Source: Bacteroidia bacterium (lineage in GTDB: Bacteria > Bacteroidota > Bacteroidia > Flavobacteriales > Flavobacteriaceae). From it: a stretch of DNA of 64,000 nucleotides. The notes below the pieces were generated by a model. The model was not told the origin of the DNA, ran no database searches, and worked only from the letters and a program-made list of their open reading frames with translations. The number at the start of each line of letters is the position of its first letter. The stretch's first letter is position 1. A program made the translations under genes and the position numbers. Location: contig JAUIJA010000009.1 of NCBI GenBank assembly GCA_030431055.1, forward strand, positions 14,665-78,664, read 5' to 3'. Below, piece after piece: positions 9,759-20,411 of this stretch.

Positions 9759-10817
9759 TCAAGAATTCTTTTTCAAAAAAAACTTCCACTTTTCCATTAT
9801 TAAATTTATCTCGTATTTAACTGATTCTTTTTTTGCATTTTCACCTAAATTATTTCTCAAGTTTTCATTTTCAATTAATTTGAAAATATTGTTCAAATAT
9901 TCTTCTTCGTTTTCAGAAATTAAACAATATTCTGGATTTACTAAATCAGAATTTAAAGGATAACAAACAATTGGTAAACCAAAATTCATTGCTTCTAAAA
10001 AAACCATAGGAAAGCATTCATCAAAAGATGCATGTAATAAAAAATCGGCGATTTTATAATGTTCCTCAATGTTATTTACAGCCTTATGCACACTAACATT
10101 ACTCTGTATTTCTAAAGACTGAATTATGCTTTCGACATCAAAACTATTATCGGTTGATCCAAAAATATCTAAAACATAGTTGGGATGTTTTGCTATAATT
10201 TCTTTCCACGATTTAAGCATTCTTTCGTAGCCTTTTAAAGTTGTAATTCTTCCAACAGCTATAGCTCTTTGTGTTGGTTCCGATTTTAAAAATCCATTAT
10301 AAACTTCGACTGGATTTGGAATAACGAACTGTTTATTTTCTGGTAAAAAATCTAATTTTTGGCTTTGATTTAGCAATACTATTGCGTCACACTTTTTCAA
10401 AGCCTGCTTTACTATAGATTTATAAAACGGAATATTTTTATATGCTTCCGAATCTAAAAGGTGTTTATTACTAGCGTGAAGTTCGTACACCAATTTTGGT
10501 TTTGAAAACACAAAAGGAATTAGGAAACTTTTAAATCCATTGTCGTTAACAATAACTAAATCAGGTTTTATTTCTTTAACAAGTTTCTTTAATTTTAATT
10601 GAAAAGTAATCAGTTTTAAAAAATTGAGTTTAGAAGTAATAAAATGAAACCTTATTATGTCTGAAAAATCATAAAATGTTTTTTGAGTTGTATCATTTGT
10701 ACTTGCAATATGAACTTCATGATGTAATTCATCAGCAAAATAATTTGCTTTCAAAGATGTAACTTTTGAAACGCCACCAGAATTAGTAATACTTGTTGAA
10801 ATAAATAAAATTCTCAT
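9759..10817 (-). CDS. Glycosyltransferase family 4
   Basis: GGVSKV, AVGRITTLKG, ECFPMVFLEAM. Confidence 0.9.
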   Translation of the reverse strand: MRILFISTSITNSGGVSKVTSLKANYFADELHHEVHIASTNDTTQKTFYDFSDIIRFHFITSKLNFLKLITFQLKLKKLVKEIKPDLVIVNDNGFKSFLIPFVFSKPKLVYELHASNKHLLDSEAYKNIPFYKSIVKQALKKCDAIVLLNQSQKLDFLPENKQFVIPNPVEVYNGFLKSEPTQRAIAVGRITTLKGYERMLKSWKEIIAKHPNYVLDIFGSTDNSFDVESIIQSLEIQSNVSVHKAVNNIEEHYKIADFLLHASFDECFPMVFLEAMNFGLPIVCYPLNSDLVNPEYCLISENEEEYLNNIFKLIENENLRNNLGENAKKESVKYEINLIMEKWKFFLKKNS

Positions 10818-10819
10818 TT

Positions 10820-11908
10820 TTAAACTAACTCTAGTAATTCAACCCATTGCTTGCCAATGTTTTGATAATTAAACTTTTCTAATGAAGTAAAAGCATTTGC
10901 CTTACATTTTTCATACAACTCTTTTTCTAAAACCATTTTTTGAATTCCGTTTGCAAGCTCTTCAATGTTTTGATTTTCTATTAACAATCCATTTTGCTCA
11001 TGTTGAATAATTTCACTTGGACCAGAAACACAATCATACGATACAACTGGTGTTTTACAAGCTAAACTTTCTAAAATAACATTTGGAAAACCTTCTATTT
11101 CACTGCTTAAAACTAAAAATTTCGCTTTGCTCATGTAAGCATAAGGATTATGCTGATAACCTAAAAATTGAATTTTATCATTTAAACCCTTTTCTTTAAC
11201 TAAAGCTTCAAACTTTGGCTGTAAAATTCCTTTTCCAATAATAACAAGTGGTAATTCAATTTTACTTTTACTATATGCTTCAATTAAATGGTCAAATTGC
11301 TTGTAATTATTTTCCATTCCTCCAACAGCAAGAATAAATTCATTTTTAAAATCTATAGGTTCATTAGATAGTTTTTCCAGTTTTTCAAAGTGAACACCAT
11401 TATAAATCGTTTGAACATTCTTAAAATTATATTTTTCATGAACTAAGTTGGTAATATATTCTGAAACACAAACTATCTTAAATGAATTTCCAATTATAGC
11501 TTTTACCCAAAAATTTTGAGTCGGAATATAATGCTGAATTTCCGAACTAGCAATTCTAAAAACAACCTTACTTCCTTTATAAATATACTTTGAAATAATG
11601 TATTCTTGAATATTCTTATCTCTAAACCTAAAATCAATTACATAATCAAATTTTTCCTGTTTAAAGTATCTATTTAAAGCTTTAAAACGATTAAAGCGGC
11701 TTATAAATTTATTTTTAGAATCAAATTGTCGAGTTGAAAACACTTTTCCTTTGTATTCATAACCATATTCATCTAAAACTGTAATTATATGAACATCTAC
11801 TCCTATTTCTGATAAAAAAACAGATAACGAAGCCATAGCCCTATCTGAACCGCCACCTGACAACCTATAACCAACTAACGCAATTTTATACTTATTTTGA
11901 AGTATCAT
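10820..11908 (-). CDS. Glycosyltransferase family 4
   Basis: SGGGSDR, IYNGV, SSEIEGFPNVILESLA. Confidence 0.9.
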   Translation of the reverse strand: MILQNKYKIALVGYRLSGGGSDRAMASLSVFLSEIGVDVHIITVLDEYGYEYKGKVFSTRQFDSKNKFISRFNRFKALNRYFKQEKFDYVIDFRFRDKNIQEYIISKYIYKGSKVVFRIASSEIQHYIPTQNFWVKAIIGNSFKIVCVSEYITNLVHEKYNFKNVQTIYNGVHFEKLEKLSNEPIDFKNEFILAVGGMENNYKQFDHLIEAYSKSKIELPLVIIGKGILQPKFEALVKEKGLNDKIQFLGYQHNPYAYMSKAKFLVLSSEIEGFPNVILESLACKTPVVSYDCVSGPSEIIQHEQNGLLIENQNIEELANGIQKMVLEKELYEKCKANAFTSLEKFNYQNIGKQWVELLELV

Positions 11909-11941
11909 TTTGAATATTTACTTTTGGTAAAAAAATAAAGC

Positions 11942-12835
11942 ATGTTGCAACTTCCTTTGGTTAGTATCATTTGTCATTGTTATAATCATGCTTCGTTTGT
12001 TGAAGAATGTTTAGATAGTGTACTAAACCAAAGTTACAAAAATATAGAATTAATAATTGTAGATGATAATAGCAGTGATAATTCTGTAGCAGTAATTGAA
12101 AGTTTGATTAAAAAAAATCCTAAAATACAGTTTATTAAAAATTCTAAAAACCTAGGAATTACCAAATCATTTAATAAAACTGTTGAGTTAACCAAAGGCG
12201 AGTTCTTAATAGATTTGGCTACTGATGATGTTTTACTTCCCAATTGTATTGAAGAACAAATTTCTGTATTTAATCAAAATCCAAATGCGACTTTAGTATT
12301 TGGAAATGCTGAACTTATCGATGAAAAAGGAACGACTACTGGTTTTCATTTTCCTGTTGACAAAACCTTAAATGTTACGGATAAAAACCTTGTAAACACA
12401 AATTACCAAAGCATTTTAAAAGGTGGAAATTGTATGTGTTCGGTTAGTTCTATGTTTAAAAAAGAAACTTTTATAAATCTTGGAAAATACGATGAAAATT
12501 TGGTTTATGAAGATTTAGACTTTTGGTTACGACTTGCTAAAAAACACAAAATCGTTTTTACTGATAAAATTTTAGTGCAGAAAAGAGAGTTATCAAACTC
12601 GTTAACAAGACAGTTTTTTAAAAAAAGTGATTTTTCAAAAAAAATTAATAAAAGTAATTACAGAATCTTACTAAAAGCTTTTGAGGCAAATACAAATAGA
12701 GCAGAGTTTAAAGCACTTTTAAAGAGAATTCATAACTTAATAATTCGCAATTTAAAATTGAAGAATTTCTATTTGGTATTTTTACTACTTATTTTAAAAG
12801 TAAAAACCGAGTTTAAAATTTTATTTACTTCGTAA
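11942..12835 (+). CDS. Glycosyltransferase family 2
   Basis: VSIICHCYNH, VDDNSSD, ATDD, YEDLDFW. Confidence 0.9.
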   Translation: MLQLPLVSIICHCYNHASFVEECLDSVLNQSYKNIELIIVDDNSSDNSVAVIESLIKKNPKIQFIKNSKNLGITKSFNKTVELTKGEFLIDLATDDVLLPNCIEEQISVFNQNPNATLVFGNAELIDEKGTTTGFHFPVDKTLNVTDKNLVNTNYQSILKGGNCMCSVSSMFKKETFINLGKYDENLVYEDLDFWLRLAKKHKIVFTDKILVQKRELSNSLTRQFFKKSDFSKKINKSNYRILLKAFEANTNRAEFKALLKRIHNLIIRNLKLKNFYLVFLLLILKVKTEFKILFTS

Positions 12836-13219
12836 ATACTCTTTGTATTCTTCAAAATCTCTTATGTAGTCATTTTCATTAAAAACTTCAGAAGCGACGA
12901 CCAAGCAAATAGCACCTGAAGAAAAGTTTTCAAGTTCACGCCAAGTATTATTTTCAATTAATAAACCTTTATCTGGCTTGTTTAAAGTAACAACTTTTGT
13001 TTCTGTTCCATTTTTTAAAACAACGTCAAAACTGCCACTAACGGCTATTAGTAATTGTTTTAAATTCTTGTGAGCATGACCGCCGCGATAAGCATCACTT
13101 GGAACATCATATAAATAATAAACACGTTTAATATCAAAAGGAATTGTGCCATTTTCAATAATAGCCAAGTTTCCTCTTGGCTCTTTTACTTTTGGAAAAT
13201 CTATAATTTTGATATTCAT
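12821..13219 (-). CDS. fdtA: dTDP-6-deoxy-hexose 3,4-ketoisomerase (FdtA/QdtA cupin)
   Basis: EPRGNL, PFDIKRVYYLY, RGGHAHK, YIRDFEEY. Confidence 0.85.
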   Translation of the reverse strand: MNIKIIDFPKVKEPRGNLAIIENGTIPFDIKRVYYLYDVPSDAYRGGHAHKNLKQLLIAVSGSFDVVLKNGTETKVVTLNKPDKGLLIENNTWRELENFSSGAICLVVASEVFNENDYIRDFEEYKEYLRSK

Positions 13220-13246
13220 ATTCAGTTGAGTTATACTACAAATATA

Positions 13247-14701
13247 CTAGCTATTTCTGTAAATTTTCTTTTTTAAATGAATTCCAGAATAAATAACCGA
13301 CACCAACATAGTTATTATTAAAAAAGGATTTTTAATCGAAAAATCATTAAATGAAATACTTAATATTGCCAAAATACCTAAAACTATAGAAACTAAAAGT
13401 ACTTGTTGCGTATCTTTTCGGTATTTAAATTTATACTTAGTATTTACACCATAAAATGTATAAAATCCTGAAATAACAAACATTATAACAAGAGCTATTC
13501 CTAAACCTTTCAAATTAAGATAGTGAAATAATAAAACTGATAAAATTACATTCATAAAATCGCCAATTACATTCTGTTTAAAGTACATTAACTTATCATT
13601 TTTTACCAAAGAAATATATCCAATTGGCCAAATAATAGCTTTTAAGACAACAGAAAACAAACCAATGTGAAGTATTTTTAAAACTAATATAAATTCTGCT
13701 GTGTAAAGTATAGGAATGATATAAGGTATAACTAAATACAATATCAGAATTGACGGAACTACAAGCAATAAAGCCAATTCGGTTTGATCATTGATTAAAT
13801 TGTTGAATTTTTCTTCGTTTTTTTCATAATTACAAAGTCTTGGGTAATAATCATTTGCCATTGCAGCAAAAATAAGTCCTAAATAACTTACCAAAAAAGT
13901 ATTACTAACTTGATAAATACCCAAAACATCTATTGAATCGCTTTCTTTTAAAAACCAACGAATTATATAGAAACATATTTGCCCAAAAACAACATTAATA
14001 GATAATAACATTCCTAATTTAAAAACAGGTAAAAGTTCATTTAAAAACTCTGAAAATGTAAGCTTAGAATTAGACACTTTAATCCTTCGAGTAAAGAATA
14101 AACTCAACAAGAAATTAGCAAAAGATGTTGCAACAAAAACAGGAATAATTCCTCTAATTCCAAAATAATAATAAAAAGGAATTGCGATAAAAGTTGAGAT
14201 TACAACTAGTATTATTTGATGTAAAACTATAGTTGTTACTTTTTTCTTTCCTCTCAACACAGATAATCGAATAGAAGCTACCGAAGAAAACAAAAAATAA
14301 AGACTTAAAAAGATTATTTCAATTCTAAAATTATCGTTTTCAAAAACTGAAACACTTATTTTCTTAGAAAATAGTAACGTAATTAAAACGCCAATAATCC
14401 CCGAAATCCATGACCATTTATAAAGTATTTGCAATAGTCTTTTCTCTTTTTCATCTTCTTCATTTTTAGTTGAGATTATAGCAACTTCTCTAACACTACT
14501 CGATGGAATACCTAAATCGGTTATACCTTTTATTAAATTTAAAATATTTTCAATTAAACCAATTAAACCAATACCCGCAGCTCCAATAAAAATTGCTGCA
14601 ACTTTGTTGGTTATTAATCGCATAACAATTCTCAACACTTGCGAAAAACCAAAAAGTCCCGTGTTTTTAAATATGGTTCTATGAAAACTTTGTTGACTCA
14701 T
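13247..14701 (-). CDS. wzx: Polysaccharide/O-antigen flippase
   Basis: Multi-TM protein; KVAAIFIGAAGIGLIG, DYYPRL; lies in a sugar-synthesis cluster. Confidence 0.8.
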   Translation of the reverse strand: MSQQSFHRTIFKNTGLFGFSQVLRIVMRLITNKVAAIFIGAAGIGLIGLIENILNLIKGITDLGIPSSSVREVAIISTKNEEDEKEKRLLQILYKWSWISGIIGVLITLLFSKKISVSVFENDNFRIEIIFLSLYFLFSSVASIRLSVLRGKKKVTTIVLHQIILVVISTFIAIPFYYYFGIRGIIPVFVATSFANFLLSLFFTRRIKVSNSKLTFSEFLNELLPVFKLGMLLSINVVFGQICFYIIRWFLKESDSIDVLGIYQVSNTFLVSYLGLIFAAMANDYYPRLCNYEKNEEKFNNLINDQTELALLLVVPSILILYLVIPYIIPILYTAEFILVLKILHIGLFSVVLKAIIWPIGYISLVKNDKLMYFKQNVIGDFMNVILSVLLFHYLNLKGLGIALVIMFVISGFYTFYGVNTKYKFKYRKDTQQVLLVSIVLGILAILSISFNDFSIKNPFLIITMLVSVIYSGIHLKKKIYRNS

Positions 14702-15702
14702 ACTATTTTACAACCAAATCTTTTATATTGATTTTTGAAATTAATATGCCATTTTTTCCATTCAGAAGTTAGATTTCCTGTTTTGTCAGCGTTATTTAAT
14801 ATTTGTACAATTTCAGTTTCTAAAATGTCTTTTGGTAAACTGGAAGTAACATCAAATTTATTATTAAACCAAGCCTCATTTAAAAACTTGTTGGCTTCAA
14901 ATATATCAAGATTTACATTTTTATATTTCTTATCAGAAATTGTGGCTGACGTTGAAAAACCGGTTTGAAAATACTCTTTTTTTGAATGTGCTATTTTACT
15001 ATTCAAATTAGTTTTTAAATATTCTAACGCATTTTGAATTTGTAAACCTTCATCTACTTTCCCCGTGTTGTTTTTCCAAAGCGACACAAAATAATCTTTT
15101 TTAAAAACAGAACCAGCAACCGAATAAATGTGGTAATAGGCTAAATTTCTTTCCGTTTTATATAAACCTAAAAACTTCATTAAATCGTTAAATCGGAAAC
15201 CATAAGTTTTAAAAATCTTTTTGTACAAAAACGAATTTCGCGTCAATAATTTAGGCTTTATGATATTGTAAATAGATTTACTTTCAATAACGTTTTTAGA
15301 AGTCAATTTAGGATTTCCCAACCAAAAAAGTTTCAAGAAAACTAAATTATCTTTAAATATTTCTTTATCTAATTCAACCAAATCTAAATCTTCAGTAAAC
15401 CAAAAATCGTCTTCCAACAATAAAAAATAATCACTTGAATTTTTTGCCGATTCAACCCAAAAACTAATTGGAATTTCGCCTTTAAAATCTTCAGTTAAAT
15501 TGGAACTTTTCTTATTGTATAAATCTGATTTAGTAACTACTACTTGCGGATATTTTTCTTGAATTTTATCTAAATATTGTTGTGGCGTTCCATCATCTAA
15601 AACAACAATTCTTTCAAATGATTTTTTAGCATGTTTTTCAATACTAAACAAACATCTATCGAGATAATATGGACGATTAAACGATTTAATTAAGATGTCC
15701 AT
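14698..15702 (-). CDS. Glycosyltransferase family 2-like
   Basis: [23 protein letters not shown]. Confidence 0.75.
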   Translation of the reverse strand: MDILIKSFNRPYYLDRCLFSIEKHAKKSFERIVVLDDGTPQQYLDKIQEKYPQVVVTKSDLYNKKSSNLTEDFKGEIPISFWVESAKNSSDYFLLLEDDFWFTEDLDLVELDKEIFKDNLVFLKLFWLGNPKLTSKNVIESKSIYNIIKPKLLTRNSFLYKKIFKTYGFRFNDLMKFLGLYKTERNLAYYHIYSVAGSVFKKDYFVSLWKNNTGKVDEGLQIQNALEYLKTNLNSKIAHSKKEYFQTGFSTSATISDKKYKNVNLDIFEANKFLNEAWFNNKFDVTSSLPKDILETEIVQILNNADKTGNLTSEWKKWHINFKNQYKRFGCKIV

Positions 15703-16787
15703 TCGTTCAAAACTTTAATAATTTTTGAAACCTCATCATCAGTTAAAACTCCATTCAATGGCAAACTCAATACTTCGTTGTGAATTTTCTCTGTAATAGG
15801 AAATGACAAATTATTCCATCCCGAAACTTCGGGATTCATTGCTTTTTGTTTATGAGGCGGAATTGGATAATGAATAATGGTTTCAATTCCGTTTTCCTTT
15901 AAATAATTTTGTAATTCGTTTCGTTTTTCTGTTCGAATTACGAATAAATGAAAAACATGATTTTCACTTTCATTCCAATATGGCAAAATAATTTTATCGT
16001 TTTTAACTTCAGACAAATAACGCTTTGCAATAACTCTACGTTTTTCATTTTCACTATTCAAATGCGGTAATTTCACATTTAAAAAAGCCGCTTGAATTTC
16101 GTCTAATCTAGAATTTACACCAATAAATTTGTTCTCGTATTTAACTTTCGAACCATAATTGCGAAGCATTTTGATAGTTTCAGCTAACTTTTCGTCATTC
16201 GCCACGACTGCTCCGCCATCACCTAAACAACCTAAATTTTTCCCTGGATAAAAACTGAAAGCTCTTGCATGACTTTCTTTAAAATTTAATCCGTGTGCTT
16301 GAGCCGCATCTTCAACAATTAATAGATTATGTTTTTCGGCAATTGCAGAAATTTTCTCCATTTCGCACAATTGTCCGTATAAGTGAACTGGTAAAATGGC
16401 TTTAGTTTTTGGAGAAACCTTCTCTTCTATTAAATCAGGATTGATATTATAGGTTTCCAAAATTGGTTCGACCAAAACCGGAACTAAATCGGCTTGTAAA
16501 ACGGCTAATATTGAAGCTATGTATGTATTTGCTGGAACTATAACTTCATCGCCTTTTTGAAGCTTTCCTAAATCGATATACGCTTTAAAAATAAGCACTA
16601 AAGCATCTAAACCATTTCCAACACCAATGCAATATTTTGAACCACAATATTTTGCAAAATTCTTTTCAAATTGGCTTACTTCGCTTCCAAGAACATACCA
16701 ACCATTATCTAAAAAAGATTGGAACTTTTCTTTGAATTCAACTTCAAAAGGTTGGTTTAACTTATGTAAATCGAGAAATTTTATCAC
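15690..16787 (-). CDS. DegT/DnrJ/EryC1/StrS aminotransferase (FdtB-like)
   Basis: [43 protein letters not shown]. Confidence 0.92.
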   Translation of the reverse strand: MIKFLDLHKLNQPFEVEFKEKFQSFLDNGWYVLGSEVSQFEKNFAKYCGSKYCIGVGNGLDALVLIFKAYIDLGKLQKGDEVIVPANTYIASILAVLQADLVPVLVEPILETYNINPDLIEEKVSPKTKAILPVHLYGQLCEMEKISAIAEKHNLLIVEDAAQAHGLNFKESHARAFSFYPGKNLGCLGDGGAVVANDEKLAETIKMLRNYGSKVKYENKFIGVNSRLDEIQAAFLNVKLPHLNSENEKRRVIAKRYLSEVKNDKIILPYWNESENHVFHLFVIRTEKRNELQNYLKENGIETIIHYPIPPHKQKAMNPEVSGWNNLSFPITEKIHNEVLSLPLNGVLTDDEVSKIIKVLNEWTS

Positions 16788-17764
16788 AACAAAACTGAAT
16801 TTAATTTCTCATAATTTTTCGTCTCAAATCGGTAAAAACTTTGTGTAATTGTTCTTGCGCCAAAACTTTCCTTCCAAAATAATAATCCGCTATTGATATT
16901 TTGACCTTGATTTTCATTTGAAATTCCAAAATCAAAATATTTTTTATTCTGAAAAACATCAGTTAGTAAATGGTGGTGTAAAAAATCTAAACTTAAATTG
17001 GTTTCTGCATTTGCTTTTCCTGAAATATATTGCGAATGAGCAACTGTTTCTGATTCAAAAATTGTAGTTCCAGCCACAATTTTATCGCCTAAATAAACAT
17101 TAAACTGACGAATGTTTTTTGGGAATTTTTCTTTTAAAAAAGTAATTTCAGCAAGAGAATGAACTGGTTTTGCTTGATGTTTTTCATTCAAATTTGGAAT
17201 TAAAATTTCATTCCAAAAAGCATCGAAACTGTTTTCTTCTTTCACTTCAAAACCTAAAGTCTTTGCTTTTGCAATTTCTTGCTTTCTTCCGTGTGAATAT
17301 TTAAAATTAGAAGCTAAATCAATAGTCGATAAAGTATCTCTTCTGATTAAATCTGCATTACATAAAAACGCTACATATTCTAATTCATCTGAAGGAAAAT
17401 CAGCATAAATTGACGGCAAAACTTTAACTTCAAAATTCTTTATTTCATTCTCATTTAAAAACTTCAAAACTTCTTGAAAAAGGATAATAAAATCAGACAA
17501 TTTAGTTTTACGATTAATTACAAGTCCGCCATAAGTCAAACCTTGATGCGAAAAAACAACATCATCTACTCTATTTGCTGGTAAAATTGCTTTTAAATTG
17601 TCTTTTTCATCTAAAACCAATAACGAAAAATCTTGAAGCCTATCTTGATGATATTCCATGAAATCGCGATGAAATAAAAAAGTTGCGTTTTTTGCATTGG
17701 CAACAAATTCGTTCCATTTATGATAATCATCTTTGGTATAAAGTCTTACAGAAAATTTCTTCAA
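16784..17764 (-). CDS. GNAT/FemAB-like acyltransferase
   Basis: [39 protein letters not shown]; probable TTG start at 17764. Confidence 0.75.
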   Translation of the reverse strand: MKKFSVRLYTKDDYHKWNEFVANAKNATFLFHRDFMEYHQDRLQDFSLLVLDEKDNLKAILPANRVDDVVFSHQGLTYGGLVINRKTKLSDFIILFQEVLKFLNENEIKNFEVKVLPSIYADFPSDELEYVAFLCNADLIRRDTLSTIDLASNFKYSHGRKQEIAKAKTLGFEVKEENSFDAFWNEILIPNLNEKHQAKPVHSLAEITFLKEKFPKNIRQFNVYLGDKIVAGTTIFESETVAHSQYISGKANAETNLSLDFLHHHLLTDVFQNKKYFDFGISNENQGQNINSGLLFWKESFGARTITQSFYRFETKNYEKLNSVLL

Positions 17765-17867
17765 GTAGTCTATTTTGCTTGTGAAAATACTAATTTTTGA
17801 CCGACTACTAAAACGAAACAATTAAATTATTATTTTATTTAGTATATTCGAGGAAATTATTGCGTTA

Positions 17868-19649
17868 ATGCTCAAAAAACCATACCTACTTTTTTTAATT
17901 TTTATTTTTTTATCAGGTCAAAATTCTTTTGGGCAAGACATTTCGCTTTTTTCTCAAATAAACGGTCGTTACGACTTTACTTTTGTTGGAAACACGCTAA
18001 ACACAAATGAAAATTCGTTTATGGCAACTCCAACAATTTTAACTTCTTCATCAGCTGATTTAAATCTTGCTCCAGATGATGTTATTGAAAGAGCATATTT
18101 ATATTGGGCAGGTTGTGGAACTGGAGATTTTGACGTAATGTTAAACGGAACACCAATTACCGCCGAAAGAACTTTTTCAATCGTACAAGCTAGTAGTGGT
18201 TGGCCACATTTTAGTGCTTTTGCAGATATTACAGCTCAAGTTCAAGCAACAGGTAATGGAACTTATACTTTAAGTGATTTAGATGTTACAAGTTTTATAG
18301 GACAATACTTTCAAAACAGAACAAATTTTGCTGGCTGGGCGATTTTAGTAGTTTATGAAAACAGTAGTTTACCACTAAACCAACTCAACATTTATGATGG
18401 TTTACAAGCAGTTCCTTCGTCTATTGATATAACTCTTGATAGTTTAAATGTAATTGATGATGTAGGAGCAAAAATTGGTTTTATCGCTTGGGAAGGTGAT
18501 GTTGGAATAGCGAATGGTGAAACTTTAGAGATTAATGGTTCAACTCTAAGTAATCCACCACTTAACCCTTCTAACAATGCATTTAACAGTACGAATAGTG
18601 TAACAGGATCATCTGTTTTATACAATATGGATTTGGATATTTATAATATTCAAGATAATATAGATGTTGGCGATAGTGAAGCTCAAATTTCTTTAAGCTC
18701 TAATCAAGATTACGTAATGATTAATGCAATTATTACAAAACTAAATAGTCAACTTCCAGATGCAACAATTGAAATCGATAATTATTACACAAGTTGTAAT
18801 GAAGGAGCAGTTACTGTAGATTATACGGTTTATAATGTTAATAGTACTGAAGTTTTATTTGCAAATACTTCTATTGGTTTTTTCATAGACTCTGATTTAA
18901 TTGGAACTTCTGCAACAGTAAATGATATCGCAATTGGAGATAGCGAATCTGGAACTATTACGTTAACTTTACCTACCGACACTCCTGAAACTTTTACCTT
19001 AACAGCAATGGTTGATTATGATTTTCAAGTGACTGAATTGGTAGAATATAATAATACTTTCGAATTTGAAGTAACGCAGTGGTTATCGCCTGAATTCAAT
19101 GATTTAGAAGATTTGGTTAGTTGTAATTTAGGTTTAACTCGTGGGATTTTTGATTTTTCTGAATATGAATTTATAGTAACTGACAACCTAGATTTAGATG
19201 TTTCGTTTTATGAAACGTATGATGATGCTGAAAATGAATTAAATGAAATTTTCAATACTTCAAATTATGAAGCAGTTACAACTCCAGAAGAAATTTTTAT
19301 CCGATTAGAAAATGATTTGGGTTGCTATTCTATAACTTCATTTAATTTACTTACCGAAAATTGCCCGCCTACGATTTATAATGCAGTTTCTGCAAATAAC
19401 GATGGTATGAATGACGATTTCTTTATTGATGGCTTACGTGATATTTTTGTGAACTTTAAGTTAGAAATTTATAATCGTTGGGGAAAATTACTTTGGGTTG
19501 GTGATAATTCTAAACCTAATTGGACAGGTTATGTAGAAGAAGGAATTGGTAGTAAACAAGCTCCTGAAGGAACTTATTTTTACATTTTATATTTAAATGA
19601 CCCTGATTATCCTGATGCTTTAACCGGTTATCTTTACTTGAAACATTAA
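17868..19649 (+). CDS. T9SS cargo protein with type-B (gliding-motility/CHU_C) CTD
   Basis: Signal peptide; C-terminal YNAVSANNDGMNDDF...IYNRWG...W.G...PEGTYFYIL; acidic Ig-like middle. Confidence 0.85.
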   Translation: MLKKPYLLFLIFIFLSGQNSFGQDISLFSQINGRYDFTFVGNTLNTNENSFMATPTILTSSSADLNLAPDDVIERAYLYWAGCGTGDFDVMLNGTPITAERTFSIVQASSGWPHFSAFADITAQVQATGNGTYTLSDLDVTSFIGQYFQNRTNFAGWAILVVYENSSLPLNQLNIYDGLQAVPSSIDITLDSLNVIDDVGAKIGFIAWEGDVGIANGETLEINGSTLSNPPLNPSNNAFNSTNSVTGSSVLYNMDLDIYNIQDNIDVGDSEAQISLSSNQDYVMINAIITKLNSQLPDATIEIDNYYTSCNEGAVTVDYTVYNVNSTEVLFANTSIGFFIDSDLIGTSATVNDIAIGDSESGTITLTLPTDTPETFTLTAMVDYDFQVTELVEYNNTFEFEVTQWLSPEFNDLEDLVSCNLGLTRGIFDFSEYEFIVTDNLDLDVSFYETYDDAENELNEIFNTSNYEAVTTPEEIFIRLENDLGCYSITSFNLLTENCPPTIYNAVSANNDGMNDDFFIDGLRDIFVNFKLEIYNRWGKLLWVGDNSKPNWTGYVEEGIGSKQAPEGTYFYILYLNDPDYPDALTGYLYLKH

Positions 19650-20387
19650 TTACATATTTTGCGTGTAAAAGTTGTAATCTTTCAAAAGGGTTTTAATAAA
19701 ATCTTGATCGTTTCCTGAAATATTTTTTATTCCGGTTACTGCAATAATTTTTTCGCGAAGTTTTATCAATGTTCCATAATCGCGAGAAGCAATTGCAGTT
19801 TCAAATGTTTCTTTAACAATTCTCACATCATTATCTGATAATTTTATAACTAATGGGTATGTTGGCACGTAATCGTCATTAACTTCTTGAAGAATTGTAT
19901 GATTAATATTTACCTTATTTTTTAACGAAATAACCGAAGTTCCTGCAGCCATATCGCCTAGTCTTTGGTTTTTACTGTTTGCAATTATAGCTATTAAAGC
20001 GATAATTCCATTTCCTATAGAAATTTCAACAATTCTAAATAACCAACGAATTAAATAATCTCCAAAACTAGCTTGATAACCATCTAACTTTATTACCCTC
20101 ATTTTCATTAGCTTTTTCCCAATTGTTTTTCCTTCCCATAAACTTTCTTGAACTAGTGAATAGAACATAATTGGCATACCTAAAACACTATAAATAGCTA
20201 TTATAGACCAAGTATCTAATCCAACAAAAATATTTGTCAAATCAAAAATTTCAAACATAAAAACCATAAAAAACACATACGCAGCTTTTACTAACAAATC
20301 GATTATTTGAGCTAGTAACCTATCGCCTACTGAAGCAGCTGAAAAATTTATAACAACATTTTGCGTTGTGTTGATTGCTAATTGCAT
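19650..20387 (-). CDS. RDD family membrane protein
   Basis: RLLAQIID, GKTIGKKLMKMRV, QRLGDMAAGT. Confidence 0.9.
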   Translation of the reverse strand: MQLAINTTQNVVINFSAASVGDRLLAQIIDLLVKAAYVFFMVFMFEIFDLTNIFVGLDTWSIIAIYSVLGMPIMFYSLVQESLWEGKTIGKKLMKMRVIKLDGYQASFGDYLIRWLFRIVEISIGNGIIALIAIIANSKNQRLGDMAAGTSVISLKNKVNINHTILQEVNDDYVPTYPLVIKLSDNDVRIVKETFETAIASRDYGTLIKLREKIIAVTGIKNISGNDQDFIKTLLKDYNFYTQNM

Positions 20388-20411
20388 CTTAATTTATATT
20401 TTAGCAACTCG

